Source: a virus (taxonomy: Duplodnaviria; Caudoviricetes). Taken from it: 64,000 nt of DNA. Shown here in pieces: positions 1 through 10,604 of the stretch (its first letter is position 1; the number at the start of each line of letters is the position of its first letter). The stretch spans positions 1-64,000 of IMG/VR virus record IMGVR_UViG_3300014641_000001, one strand, 5' to 3'. Below the pieces are notes generated by a model, which worked only from the letters and a program-made list of their open reading frames with translations, was not told where the DNA came from and ran no database searches. Made by a program: the position numbers and the translations under genes.

Positions 1-20
1 ATATTATTTTAGCAAACACT

Positions 21-779
21 TTGCCAGAACATCGAATTTCAGTACTCACTTATTTGAATTACAACCAAACTTGGGACGAGATGGTACATTACTCTCCCAT
101 CTATATGATCCAGTGGTCGGGTTATAAGGCTAATTGGAGATCAAGTACAAAAGATAAACCAAATATTTATGATAAGTACCTATCATGTATGAACTGGTAT
201 TTTGAAAATGGATATATTCTGGATTTTGATTCAGATAGATATACGCAAAACAATTTTCAGTCATCCTTGTTAAATATGGAGAAATTAATACCATGTAAGA
301 ATTTTGGTATCATATATGATTTCGAGATTGCTGCCATAATGAAATACCAATCTTTATACAAACCATTAAATAGAAGTATTTTATTATTACTGCTCTCCTA
401 TGTTAGGGCTTTCACATGGACTCGCACCAATGAGATAACTGGTCATTCGGAAAAATCAAAAAAAGATAAGCCTGAAATATTTCATTCTAATTTTGAAGCA
501 ATGGGGAATTTTTTAGGAATGAATCGGAAAATGGTATCAAGAGCAACTATGGTTTTAGAAGAGTTGGGCTTTATAAAGACTTATAGAATGCCCAGCTATA
601 AGGACAAGGAATCAAATTGGCGTACCGATGATATCATTTACATTTTTCCATACAAGATATTACTCAATAATAAAACTTTTAGAATTTGTGATAAGGAAGA
701 ATACGATTGGGAAAGAGAATTAAAGTATGGAATCCAATATTTATTTGAACGAAGAAACAAGAAATTTTACCAGGACTAA
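21..779 (+). CDS. Hypothetical phage protein, possible winged-HTH; probably truncated by the window edge
   Basis: ORF is open near the window start; segment 'FEAMGNFLGMNRKMVSRATMVLEELGFI' is wHTH-like. Confidence 0.5.
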   Translation: MPEHRISVLTYLNYNQTWDEMVHYSPIYMIQWSGYKANWRSSTKDKPNIYDKYLSCMNWYFENGYILDFDSDRYTQNNFQSSLLNMEKLIPCKNFGIIYDFEIAAIMKYQSLYKPLNRSILLLLLSYVRAFTWTRTNEITGHSEKSKKDKPEIFHSNFEAMGNFLGMNRKMVSRATMVLEELGFIKTYRMPSYKDKESNWRTDDIIYIFPYKILLNNKTFRICDKEEYDWERELKYGIQYLFERRNKKFYQD

Positions 780-889
780 CAGAGAATAAACAAATCGTAA
801 CCAAACAATCAGTGGCTCACCAGAAAGGCGGTCAATGATGAACGAAATTATCACAAAAACTAAATATAAGAAGGAGAATTACAAATTAC

Positions 890-1075
890 ATGACAGGAAC
901 AAATACATACTCAAACAGAAAACATAGAACATATGGAGGTGCCATCAATGTAGAAAGCTTTAATACGGAATATCTGGGATTTTCAACTATGAGCGATATC
1001 GCAGGGCGAATTTTATCAGATATGAAATTTGACGAGCAATGCAGAAAGAATTGTGAAAGAAGGGACAGTAAATGA
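890..1075 (+). CDS. Hypothetical protein
   Basis: AAGGAG SD upstream; overlaps the start of the next gene. Confidence 0.6.
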   Translation: MTGTNTYSNRKHRTYGGAINVESFNTEYLGFSTMSDIAGRILSDMKFDEQCRKNCERRDSK

Positions 1076-1428
1076 AAATGAGCAATGAATTTATCGAAGA
1101 CGAGGAATTATTAGAAATAAAATCACCAACTTCAGTTCCTATTTATGAGCAGGAAGTATGTATCAATATGATGAGGGACGAGAAAACCGCAACTATTTAT
1201 ACGTCAGACAGCACCTACATAACAAAACTAGACAAACTATGTAATTCAAGTCCTGATATGTATTCAGTTATTGAGGAAACAAAGTGCGGAAAAACGTATT
1301 TACTACAAGATAAGACATTAATCAGTTTCCGGGCAAAGAAGAAAGAATTATCAGATGAGCAGAGACAAGCAGCTGGCGACCGTATGAGAAAATATCAGGC
1401 GAATAAATCAGCCCAGAATGGGTTTTAA
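1072..1428 (+). CDS. Hypothetical phage protein
   Basis: 118 aa ORF coupled to the previous gene. Confidence 0.65.
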   Translation: MKMSNEFIEDEELLEIKSPTSVPIYEQEVCINMMRDEKTATIYTSDSTYITKLDKLCNSSPDMYSVIEETKCGKTYLLQDKTLISFRAKKKELSDEQRQAAGDRMRKYQANKSAQNGF

Positions 1429-1553
1429 GCTGAAAGTTTCAATTACCACCATTGTACAGATAATTCTACTACCGTTGGTGGAGAAATATTTACCTAACAA
1501 ACATGTATTTAAAAATTCAATATTAATCAAGAAATAGAAAGGAAGACAAAAAT

Positions 1554-1898
1554 ATGCTTAGATATGAAACAGAGGCGAATGTAATAGTTTCAATTGATTT
1601 ACAGAATGGTTATACCGTTATTGCAATGGCGAGGTGGGATAATGAGAAGAAAAAATACTATACTACTCTCCGACTGCGCGAAAATACGGTTGAGAAATGG
1701 GATCTAATCGAAGAAGCTGCCAACATTGAAATGGAGTCAGATATAAAAACCATCAAGCGCGATATGGCGCAGTATGTAACGAATCTTCTTACTGACGGAT
1801 TCTTCAAGAAATACATAGACAGGTACGAATACGAACTGAAATGTTTCGATAGGGGTTTTGAGATTATGGAGAAAGAGAGGAAGTGTGCAAATGATTAA
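1554..1898 (+). CDS. Hypothetical phage protein
   Basis: AAGGA SD; 114 aa. Confidence 0.65.
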   Translation: MLRYETEANVIVSIDLQNGYTVIAMARWDNEKKKYYTTLRLRENTVEKWDLIEEAANIEMESDIKTIKRDMAQYVTNLLTDGFFKKYIDRYEYELKCFDRGFEIMEKERKCAND

Positions 1899-2181
1899 AG
1901 GATTGGTTAGATTTGGCAAGAAATTGGTTGGTGTATACGAGCCTGGTCATGAGTATTGGGTTAAGTTGAGTGATATACACATTACTCCTCAATTCAGGGA
2001 GTCTCGGATTAAATCGGACAAGTACAAGAGGAAATGGCAATTTTATCACCGTAACGGATATTGCGAAAGCAGAATTGTGTTAGATAAAGGCTTTGTATTA
2101 GTCGACGGATACAGTTCATACAAGATATACCGAGCATCTGAAGGTAAGGATTGTAGGGTGCCGGTGTGGTTTGTTGATTAG
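1891..2181 (+). CDS. Small ParB/Srx-like fold protein
   Basis: ATG at 1891 after GAGG; motif 'IVLDKGFVLVDGYSSY' resembles the ParB-N 'L.DG..R' motif. Confidence 0.5.
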   Translation: MIKGLVRFGKKLVGVYEPGHEYWVKLSDIHITPQFRESRIKSDKYKRKWQFYHRNGYCESRIVLDKGFVLVDGYSSYKIYRASEGKDCRVPVWFVD

Positions 2182-2207
2182 ATATAAATAAACTTCTGGG
2201 AGGATTT

Positions 2208-2537
2208 ATGAAAGGTAAAATTATTGATTTAAAATGGATTCCTGGCTGCAATATTAATTCTAGTCGAGGATATAAGAAAAATGAAATAAGAAAGGCAATG
2301 AAAAACGCTGATTATGTAAGGAATAATGGGTACGGAAATTATTCAGTAGTTGAATATAGCAAATATATTGCTACATTCCAATTTGACGATGGAACCATGT
2401 CATCATTTAATATTAAGCGGCAAATTAAGGACAGTCTAAATATATCGAGAATGTCAGATAGACAGAGAGATAAAATTGCTTCCATGTTGCCAATTTCTGT
2501 AGACGTTGATGGATATGACATTACATTTTTAGTTTAA
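2208..2537 (+). CDS. Hypothetical protein
   Basis: GGAGG SD; 109 aa. Confidence 0.65.
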   Translation: MKGKIIDLKWIPGCNINSSRGYKKNEIRKAMKNADYVRNNGYGNYSVVEYSKYIATFQFDDGTMSSFNIKRQIKDSLNISRMSDRQRDKIASMLPISVDVDGYDITFLV

Positions 2538-2552
2538 GCGAGGTGGAATATA

Positions 2553-5177
2553 ATAGAACATACACAATATACACTTGTAAAGATACCGATTAGTTTACTT
2601 ATAAAACAGCATTTTAATATTAACATTGATAGAGCATCCGAAATAAATAATGAATATTTGATAAAACAAGGCGATTCCCCTTTATTTGACCAAATAGAAA
2701 AACTTCGCGGAAGATGCTCTACTCATGCAAGTGAGATAATTCTTGTAGTAGCAAAGAAAAATCCCAGGCAAGAATCTGCTTTACGGCAAATATTAAATAC
2801 TGGATTTACATACAACGGGATTCACTATACACGTTTTGGGAAATCCGCATCTCAGGGAAAAGATGGAATAACCGCTTTTGTATGTGATGATATATTTGAT
2901 GAGTTATACATGATAACTCAAATGGATGTTGAGATTTCAGAATGCGTTATTTCTAAATATGAATCACAAAGGTGCTTACTTTTTAGTTCATGTACTCTTA
3001 TTAAGGGTTATATGCCCAAAATTGTTATAGTTGATGAGTATGAAAAAACAATCAAGAATCAATGGATAAAATATGTGGTAGAAAAAGAAAAGGAATTTAC
3101 TGATAAAGAGACCGGGGAAATTAAGAAATATAATTCCAGGGAAATTGAGGAGGGATATAAAGATATCAAGATTTCTCCGTTTGATGGCTGTGGTTGTCAC
3201 GAAAAAGAGTTTATGGAAAAGGTGAGTTCTCAGATTGGTTTAGACTACAATGCTGTTGGTTCGCAGGTAAGAATTCCATTTATGAAGGGGTATTCAGTAT
3301 ATGTTCCATTCAGAGATATTTTCAGAGAGTGGGGATATGAATACATAACTGATATATACGGCAAAAGGCATCATATAGATGAGATTGACTGTATTTGGAA
3401 CACTTCTATGTTTAAAGGACACAAGATATTTAAAGAAAAGTACGGTAACGAAGCATGGAATGAATATATAAAAACCGCCAACAAGTATGGTTTTTGCTTA
3501 GGTATAAGTAAATACAGTCACCATATTAAACACTTAAACAAATATACTCGCATGAATTTTCAATATTTACAGTGTTTGGATTTGTGGAATAAAAAATACA
3601 TGGACCACTATAACGGTGAGAGCAATGATATCTACGATATTTTAGATGAAAACAATGATGGAAGGATAATTAAGCTAGCTAAGTATACGACTGAATTATT
3701 TGAAAAAATCATAAAGGGAGAAAAGTTTTATACTTATAAATTCATGGGTATAAACGACACTGAAAATTATGAGCCAGAAAGCAAATATCTTGAAGCTGCA
3801 CTGATAAATGATGTTATGCTAAAAGATCCGGCAGTAAAGCAATTTATCTATCGCAAGTTAAAAAAGTCTATTGATGAGATGAAAGTTGGAAAAATATACT
3901 GCTCAGGCTTTTATCATACTGGAGTTGGTGATATGTTTGGATATTTGCAATATGTCGTTGGTGAAGAGCCTGTTGGCTGCTTAGGTGCAAGAGAACTATA
4001 TAGTGGCAATTTTGCTATCGGAGATTGTGTGTCGTTTAGATCTCCTTTGGTTGATTCTTCAGAGGTCAATAAAGCTAAAATTGTGCAGAACGACATTACT
4101 TCAAAATGGTTTAGCCATTTTAAAGATCAAGATGTGGTCATGTTTAATATGAATGACATTTCTTTACCTCAACAGGGGGGTGCCGATATGGATGGGGACA
4201 TTTTCCTACTGAGTAAAGATGAAATCCTTGTATCTTCTAAAATCGAAAAACCAATAATCTTAGACATAGAGGATAAGGTGACTGCGAAACCAAAACCATA
4301 TACGAAAGAGAATATCATTGAATATGAGGTTATGACAAGAGACAATCGTATTGGGGAAATTACTAATGTGGCCACAAGTATTGAAAATAGATATGCTATA
4401 AACGATGATGTAAAGAAATTGTACTCTGACTACTCATCTCTTCTAAGGGTGTTTCAAGGCAAAGAAATCGACTTCATTAAAACCGGATTTAGATGGCATA
4501 TGAACAATGGACTCCGAAAGTATATGAAACAATTGCCATACTTTTTACTCTTTAATTATCCTAAGAAAATGAAATCATTTCTATCTTTATGTGAGAAAAA
4601 TAAGCATATAGAAAAGAAAGAAGACAAGTTAAAGTTAAATGCTTACCACTCTCCGTCTCCTATGAATGAACTGTGTGATTATGTTTGTACTTGGGAAAAG
4701 AAAAATATTTTGTGGGATAGTAATATTAATAATCTGGTTGATACCAGATGTTTAATCATAGATAACGACTTAGATTTATCTGATAAGAGAGTGATGAGAA
4801 TTTGTAGAAAATACATCAACGACTATGCCAGCGAGATTAAGAGGCATATAAATCTTAGAGATAATTCAGGTAATGATCATGATTGTTTTTCTATGGATTT
4901 TCTAATTGATGATTTCAAAGCAAGAATCTCAAGGGATCTAGGATTCAGCGATGACCTGACAGCTAATTACATAATCAAGGTATCTTACGGAAGTCTCTCC
5001 ATTAGTAAGTCGCTTGCTTGGTCGGCATATGGGGACTATATTATTCAGAATCTTAAAAGCAACACCAATCCAAAAAGAAATATTTCTATAAGGGAGGTTC
5101 CTTATAAAACAAACGATTCATATGAGTATCTTGGTAAATATTACGAGTTTGAGGTAGGTGATACATATATACGATAG
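2553..5177 (+). CDS. YonO-like single-subunit RNA polymerase (RdRP-like double-psi-barrel family)
   Basis: Catalytic 'GGADMDGD' motif plus 'FRSP' and 'DGCG'; size and position upstream of virion genes match SPbeta. The frame is open from 2538 and SD GAGGTGG precedes ATA at 2553 (track start is TTG 2658). Confidence 0.85.
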   Translation: MEHTQYTLVKIPISLLIKQHFNINIDRASEINNEYLIKQGDSPLFDQIEKLRGRCSTHASEIILVVAKKNPRQESALRQILNTGFTYNGIHYTRFGKSASQGKDGITAFVCDDIFDELYMITQMDVEISECVISKYESQRCLLFSSCTLIKGYMPKIVIVDEYEKTIKNQWIKYVVEKEKEFTDKETGEIKKYNSREIEEGYKDIKISPFDGCGCHEKEFMEKVSSQIGLDYNAVGSQVRIPFMKGYSVYVPFRDIFREWGYEYITDIYGKRHHIDEIDCIWNTSMFKGHKIFKEKYGNEAWNEYIKTANKYGFCLGISKYSHHIKHLNKYTRMNFQYLQCLDLWNKKYMDHYNGESNDIYDILDENNDGRIIKLAKYTTELFEKIIKGEKFYTYKFMGINDTENYEPESKYLEAALINDVMLKDPAVKQFIYRKLKKSIDEMKVGKIYCSGFYHTGVGDMFGYLQYVVGEEPVGCLGARELYSGNFAIGDCVSFRSPLVDSSEVNKAKIVQNDITSKWFSHFKDQDVVMFNMNDISLPQQGGADMDGDIFLLSKDEILVSSKIEKPIILDIEDKVTAKPKPYTKENIIEYEVMTRDNRIGEITNVATSIENRYAINDDVKKLYSDYSSLLRVFQGKEIDFIKTGFRWHMNNGLRKYMKQLPYFLLFNYPKKMKSFLSLCEKNKHIEKKEDKLKLNAYHSPSPMNELCDYVCTWEKKNILWDSNINNLVDTRCLIIDNDLDLSDKRVMRICRKYINDYASEIKRHINLRDNSGNDHDCFSMDFLIDDFKARISRDLGFSDDLTANYIIKVSYGSLSISKSLAWSAYGDYIIQNLKSNTNPKRNISIREVPYKTNDSYEYLGKYYEFEVGDTYIR

Positions 5178-6006
5178 TAGCGAAACATATTTGTATGAAA
5201 TAATTGAAGACTATAAGGATGCTAAGACAGAAGAAGAAAAGGGCGAAATATTTAAATCGTTCTGCTCTTCTATCTGGTCTTCCGATAATAAAAGAAGAAT
5301 ATACACTAAATCAATAAACTTTAAAGTTAGAAAAGATTTATTAGAGACAGATTTAGGACAAGTATTTAATACATGGTCAAGTGTGGATTATAAATATTAT
5401 AAGTCAATGACAAAAGATGAAAATTGGTGTTCTATCATTCGACAAAAAATAAATAATATCTACACTAGATATTTTGATAAAGAAATTATCCTTTCAAAAG
5501 AGTATATGGACTTACTGAAGACACCTAAAAGATTGTATTACCAGTGGATTGATGGAATAGAAATGAGTGATATAGACGTAACCAGAATAATCGATGATTC
5601 TATAGATGATTCAATAAAAGTAAAACAGCGATTACAAATAGAGAAAATGACATTATCATGGAAAGATTATAAGAAACTAGTTGAGGTTTTTTTACATAAG
5701 TGTTTTGATAACTGTAAACTAATTGGAGATTATGAGGATAAAACCAGCATATCAAGCCGGTTGGATTTTTTGACAGAGGATAATTTTTATGTAAGTTATG
5801 TGAATAGAAGTCTTGATGGAGAAATACGAAAATATCAAAAAAAATATTATAATGTGCGTGATCATCAGAAATATAAACGTTGTAAAACATGTAGAGATAT
5901 TATAGAAAAAACCAATAATAAAAAATTGTTTTGTAATGAGTGTGCTAAAAATAATGAACGTGAAAGAAAGCGAAAAATAGCCTATAAGTATCGAGTAGCG
6001 AAATAG
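5158..6006 (+). CDS. Hypothetical protein with C-terminal Zn ribbon; possible RNAP partner or transcription factor
   Basis: Overlaps the RNAP stop; CKTC...CNEC motif. Confidence 0.55.
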   Translation: MIHIYDSSETYLYEIIEDYKDAKTEEEKGEIFKSFCSSIWSSDNKRRIYTKSINFKVRKDLLETDLGQVFNTWSSVDYKYYKSMTKDENWCSIIRQKINNIYTRYFDKEIILSKEYMDLLKTPKRLYYQWIDGIEMSDIDVTRIIDDSIDDSIKVKQRLQIEKMTLSWKDYKKLVEVFLHKCFDNCKLIGDYEDKTSISSRLDFLTEDNFYVSYVNRSLDGEIRKYQKKYYNVRDHQKYKRCKTCRDIIEKTNNKKLFCNECAKNNERERKRKIAYKYRVAK

Positions 6007-6311
6007 AAAACCCTAATACACCTTGTATCTAAGCCATTTGTAGGCATTTTTAGCTACGTATATATCATGTATGGAAAGACAAGTAAACACTTCGGTAAGC
6101 AGTTCGACGAGTAAATCAAAATGGCTTATATTTAGCCAGTTTTAAATAATTGCTTATTCTTATAAACTTATATTTTAAGTTAATTTCACGTCATAATCGA
6201 CGAATTATCCCTTTATTATCAACGTTTTTTCGAACTCAGTGAGTTCACTCTTTCCCTTCAAGTCAATGGCAGCATTACCATTCTGGTGGTGTTGTCATTG
6301 GTATTTTTTAT

Positions 6312-6384
6312 GGGTGTATAGCTTAGTTGGTAAAGCAATCGGCTTTTAACCGATAGACCTTGGGTTCAACCCCCAATACACCCA
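6312..6384 (+). tRNA. tRNA-Lys(UUU)
   Basis: Cloverleaf: acceptor GGGTGTA/TACACCC, anticodon arm ATCGG-CTTTTAA-CCGAT, GGTTCAAC T-loop. Confidence 0.93.
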
Positions 6385-6433
6385 CTACCGTATAAAACGG
6401 AATACAATTAAGAAAGCGAAGTGAATTATTACA

Positions 6434-6607
6434 TTGTTACTCATTTCAAAAAGTGAAGCAAAAGATTTACATAAACTGTATGGCATTCCATATGGTTATG
6501 AAGGAATTAGCCACACGGTTTCAAATGCAAGAACATATTACTTATGTGAATCAACGCCAAACAAAAAGTGCCTAAAGGAATATAGGAATGGCAAGATCGT
6601 CAAATGA
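6434..6607 (+). CDS. Small hypothetical protein (57 aa, not in ORF track)
   Basis: TTG start; open frame 'LLISKSEAKDLHKLYG...' to TGA. Confidence 0.55.
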   Translation: MLLISKSEAKDLHKLYGIPYGYEGISHTVSNARTYYLCESTPNKKCLKEYRNGKIVK

Positions 6608-6625
6608 CGAAATAACTTACGAAGG

Positions 6626-8077
6626 GTGGTTAGTACCATCGCTGCAAAGGCAAAATTAAAAGAAGACGGAATTATGTTTTGTGGCTCAAATGCCACCGAT
6701 GTTACAGGTTCTATGATTTTTATTAAATTTGGAGAAAAAAGGATTTTGTTAGAGTGTGGACTGTATCAGGACAATTCATATCTCGAAGCTTACAAGGTAA
6801 ACTCTGAAAAATTCAAATTTAAACCCAGCGAAATTGATTATGTATTTGTAGGTCATACTCATGTGGATCACATTGGGTTGGTTCCCAGACTGGTTAAGGA
6901 AGGGTTTACTGGAAAGATCATTATGACCCTTCCCTCTTCTATCATATCCAAGCATTTATTATTGAACTGTGCATTTATCTTATCTGATGAAGCCAGGGTA
7001 TTATCTAAACGATATGATAGAGATTATCAGCCAATTTACACCGATGAAGATGTGAAGAACACCTTACAATATATCTGGGTTTATAATGACTATGATAAAA
7101 TTTACCAATTAGATGACGCAGTGAGTTTTCAGTGGTTGAAAAATTCTCACTGTGTGGGAGCTGCACAGCTTCAACTCATTTTAAATGATGGAATTAAAAA
7201 GAAGAAAATTTTCTATACCTCTGACATCGGAGCATTAGAAACGAAAAATCATTATGTAGAAAATACAGAAATCCCATCCTTTTTCAACGATATCCTTGTC
7301 CTAGAGTCAACATATGGACTTAATACAAAGACTCCCAAGAAGACCAGAGAATTTGACGTTGAACATCTTAGAGTGGCTATAGAGACGGTTTTAGAACGTC
7401 AGGGAACACTTGTGCTACCGGCTTTTAGTTTCAGTCGTTCACAAGAATTACTTACGGTTTTATACGAATTGTTTGGACAAGATGAGAATTTTAAGGCACA
7501 AGTAGTCGTAGATTCTCTTTTGACTTGTGATATATGCGATACATATGGTGAAGTTTTAACAGGGGAATTTCTTGATAAATGGAATAAAGTTTATAATTGG
7601 GAAAATGTAACATATGTGCGTAAGAAGGTTGATTCCCAGGCTTGTGTGGCTGATACCACTCCTAAAATCGTAATTTCGTCAAGTGGATTCTGCACAAACG
7701 GCAGGATATTATCCTATTTGGATAAATATCTTCGCGATATTAATTCTATGATAGTCTTTTCTGGATTTGTGGGAGCAGATGAAAGCTATCTCTCTTATCG
7801 AATAAAGAATGGTAAGGCCCATAAAACAATTAACATCAATAAAAAGCCTGTGCCGAATCGTGCTGATTGTATTACGATGAGTACCTTCAGTTCCCATGCT
7901 AATTTTGATGATTTATTAAATTATGGAAGCAATTTAAGAACCAACCATCTTGTTTTGGTACATGGGTCGGAAGAGGCAAAGAATTGTTTAAAACACCATT
8001 TAAAAGAAGAGATATCCAAAAACAATAATACATATAAAGTCACATGTTCCAAGAAAGATATGGTTATCCCGTTATGA
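6626..8077 (+). CDS. MBL-fold metallo-hydrolase, beta-CASP/RNase-like
   Basis: HTHVDH motif, 'SHCVGA', 'SDIG', 'LESTYG', 'FSSHA', 'LVHGS'. Confidence 0.9.
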   Translation: MVSTIAAKAKLKEDGIMFCGSNATDVTGSMIFIKFGEKRILLECGLYQDNSYLEAYKVNSEKFKFKPSEIDYVFVGHTHVDHIGLVPRLVKEGFTGKIIMTLPSSIISKHLLLNCAFILSDEARVLSKRYDRDYQPIYTDEDVKNTLQYIWVYNDYDKIYQLDDAVSFQWLKNSHCVGAAQLQLILNDGIKKKKIFYTSDIGALETKNHYVENTEIPSFFNDILVLESTYGLNTKTPKKTREFDVEHLRVAIETVLERQGTLVLPAFSFSRSQELLTVLYELFGQDENFKAQVVVDSLLTCDICDTYGEVLTGEFLDKWNKVYNWENVTYVRKKVDSQACVADTTPKIVISSSGFCTNGRILSYLDKYLRDINSMIVFSGFVGADESYLSYRIKNGKAHKTININKKPVPNRADCITMSTFSSHANFDDLLNYGSNLRTNHLVLVHGSEEAKNCLKHHLKEEISKNNNTYKVTCSKKDMVIPL

Positions 8078-8109
8078 TGGGAAATATTATGAAGTCGGAG
8101 AGATAGCTT

Positions 8110-8358
8110 ATGAAAAACAAAAACTTGCTATCGTACATATTAGGACTAGCCACTGGATTTATCTTCATTCCATTAATAGAGGAATTAATCAATGTTGCAT
8201 TCTCTTGGATTGAAGTTCTTAAAACAAAGCCGTCAGGGATTATTAATGATTGGAATAAAAAAATGGCAACTGAAGATCAGGATGGCATGGCGTCTGATAC
8301 ATATGCTATTGGATTTCAGTATACACCAAATGAAGATGATTTTGATGAAGAAGAGTAA
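8110..8358 (+). CDS. Small membrane protein with acidic tail
   Basis: N-terminal hydrophobic segment; '...AIGF...DFDEEE'. Confidence 0.6.
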   Translation: MKNKNLLSYILGLATGFIFIPLIEELINVAFSWIEVLKTKPSGIINDWNKKMATEDQDGMASDTYAIGFQYTPNEDDFDEEE

Positions 8359-8413
8359 ATAAAAGCTCTTCTATTTTTATGCAGAAATTTAAGAATGAAA
8401 GGAAGATTTCTTT

Positions 8414-8638
8414 ATGATTAAAATAACTGAAAGTGCAGAGAAGTTGACTCCTGCTAAGAAAAATATTCAAGTAAAAGACGTTTATGTAAAAGACTTAAAA
8501 TTTGTTGATGAAACAGGCGATATCACTCAGCAAGTGATTGACGCTATGCCTGACGGGGTTGACAAGGTGAGCTTTAAAATTACGATTGAATTACTAGAAG
8601 AACCAGAATATGTTAATCTATCTGATGATGAAGAATAA
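8414..8638 (+). CDS. Small acidic phage protein
   Basis: SD present; 74 aa. Confidence 0.6.
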   Translation: MIKITESAEKLTPAKKNIQVKDVYVKDLKFVDETGDITQQVIDAMPDGVDKVSFKITIELLEEPEYVNLSDDEE

Positions 8639-8646
8639 GAAGGCAG

Positions 8647-10011
8647 GTGAAAATACTGTTTAATTTTGAAGAAGAATTGGCTAAATATGGTCTTACAAAA
8701 GAATCATATGAAGCCGTTTGCAAAGAAATTGAAATGAAACTTAATGGATTTAGTGATGTAGATTGGACTGAAATCAAAGACAAGTATAACATTCTATGTG
8801 CCGCCGATACAATTAGGAAGTCATCTTCTACTATTTTTGGAGGTCAATTTAGAACAGAGTATCTAAAAAGCAGGTCAATTTCAGAGAATATTACAGATAT
8901 TGAAAAGGCTCAGAATACATACAAGTCCGAATCATCTATTAATAAAGATGGCACTCTTTCAAGCGATAAACTCATTGTAATTAAGGAAGATGAATTAAAA
9001 AATCCTAATAGTTTATTAAAAGCACATGGTTTTGATATTAGAGACTGGGAACTTGTTTCAGCCAGAAATAATATTTGGAATGTGTATAGTAAACAAGATG
9101 GAATTCAAGAGCTTTACTCTAGTAAAATAGTAGTCAAGCCAAGAAGTGAAATATCTATAGAAGAAATACGTGATTTTTATAAGGGACTTATTGATGACTA
9201 CTCGTCTCCAACTGTTTCTGAATATAAAAAGAATTCAGGTAAATTAATGTTGGAAGTTCCAATTTTCGACTTACATCTTGGAAAATATTCTACGTCAGAT
9301 ATTGTAACGGATAATTATAATACTGAAATTGCAAGAGAATGCTTTAATAAAGTAATTGACGATGTAATACACAGATGCAAAGGAATGGATATTGAAAAGA
9401 TTTTGTTTCCAATTGGAAACGATTTGTTTCATTTTGACTCGGTTGGTTCAATGACTACCGGTGGGACTCCACAAGATACTGATATGAAACATCAGACATT
9501 ATTTAAGACGGGTGTATTACTACTTATTGATGGAATTAATAAGCTAAGTAAAGAGTTGAATACAAATGTTGATGTGTTTTGTGTAAACGGGAACCACGAT
9601 TTTCTTACAAGTTATCATGCTCTAATGTCCCTATGGTGTTTCTTTAATAATAATGAGAATGTTACTGTTGATCTCGGAACTTCCCCCAGGAAATATAGAG
9701 AATTCGGAAAAGTATTACTTGGATTCACACATGGAGACAAAGAAGGAAAACGCATATTTGGTCTTATGCAGACCGAAGCAGATGAATTATGGGGAAAAGT
9801 TAATGGACAATATAGAGAGTGGCATCTAGGACACTTACACTCTGAACAGGTAAAAGAAGAAAACGGAATAATCGTTAGAAATCTTCCATCTGTAACAGGT
9901 ACTGACGCATGGCATCATAATCAGGGTTATATTGGCGCTATTAGACGATGTACATGCTTTTTATGGGATAAAGATAACGGATTGGATTCTACATTTAATG
10001 TATTTATGTAA
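8647..10011 (+). CDS. Calcineurin-like metallophosphoesterase
   Basis: DLHLG, GND, GNHD, HGD and GHLH motifs. Confidence 0.88.
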   Translation: MKILFNFEEELAKYGLTKESYEAVCKEIEMKLNGFSDVDWTEIKDKYNILCAADTIRKSSSTIFGGQFRTEYLKSRSISENITDIEKAQNTYKSESSINKDGTLSSDKLIVIKEDELKNPNSLLKAHGFDIRDWELVSARNNIWNVYSKQDGIQELYSSKIVVKPRSEISIEEIRDFYKGLIDDYSSPTVSEYKKNSGKLMLEVPIFDLHLGKYSTSDIVTDNYNTEIARECFNKVIDDVIHRCKGMDIEKILFPIGNDLFHFDSVGSMTTGGTPQDTDMKHQTLFKTGVLLLIDGINKLSKELNTNVDVFCVNGNHDFLTSYHALMSLWCFFNNNENVTVDLGTSPRKYREFGKVLLGFTHGDKEGKRIFGLMQTEADELWGKVNGQYREWHLGHLHSEQVKEENGIIVRNLPSVTGTDAWHHNQGYIGAIRRCTCFLWDKDNGLDSTFNVFM

Positions 10012-10075
10012 GAAGAGCTATTACTACTCTTCTATTTTATTGACTAAAAATAATATAAAACAAGGAGATTTATAC

Positions 10076-10378
10076 ATGACCAAGGCAGAATTATTAAAAC
10101 AGATCACAAATGGCGTTTCAGAAATTGCAGAATTATCACAGAAAGATGTTGATGTCGTGTTGACAGCATATGCAACTGTTGTTACAGAGAGTTTAGCAGA
10201 AAATAAAGACGAAACCATTCCTCTTCCTGGATTGGGAACGTTTAAAGTAAAAGATGTAAATGAACGCAGAGGTACCATTATGTTGGGTGAGCGTAAAGGT
10301 GAAGAATACGTGACGCCAGCTCATCAGGAGCCTACCTTTAAGCTTTCAAAGTCAGTTAAGGGATTATTCATCGAATAA
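10076..10378 (+). CDS. hup: HU family DNA-binding protein
   Basis: 'MTKAELLKQI...LPGLGTFKVK...ERRG...PTFKLSK'; AGGAG SD before ATG 10076. Confidence 0.88.
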   Translation: MTKAELLKQITNGVSEIAELSQKDVDVVLTAYATVVTESLAENKDETIPLPGLGTFKVKDVNERRGTIMLGERKGEEYVTPAHQEPTFKLSKSVKGLFIE

Positions 10379-10392
10379 GGTGGTGATTTGTA

Positions 10393-10539
10393 ATGGGATA
10401 CGATGAAATTTTTAAAACCATTAATCTTACAGATGATGAAATTTCAATTCTAAAAGAAGTTCTCGAAGAACGACAAGATAGACGTGTATCGCTTGGAGAA
10501 ATGATTACTATTGAAACACTTTTGGAAAAGTTGGATTAA
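10393..10539 (+). CDS. Small hypothetical protein (48 aa)
   Basis: AGGTGGTG SD; open frame 'MGYDEIFK...EKLD'. Confidence 0.55.
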   Translation: MGYDEIFKTINLTDDEISILKEVLEERQDRRVSLGEMITIETLLEKLD

Positions 10540-10604
10540 ACATAATAACCTATTGACCAAAACAAATGGTCATAAACAATATAATTTAAAAGGAGGAATT
10601 ACAT

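Noticed and set aside
825-852. TGATGA-AC-GAAA hammerhead-like core
   Set aside because: Lacks the C of CUGAUGA, stem II and convincing flanking stems
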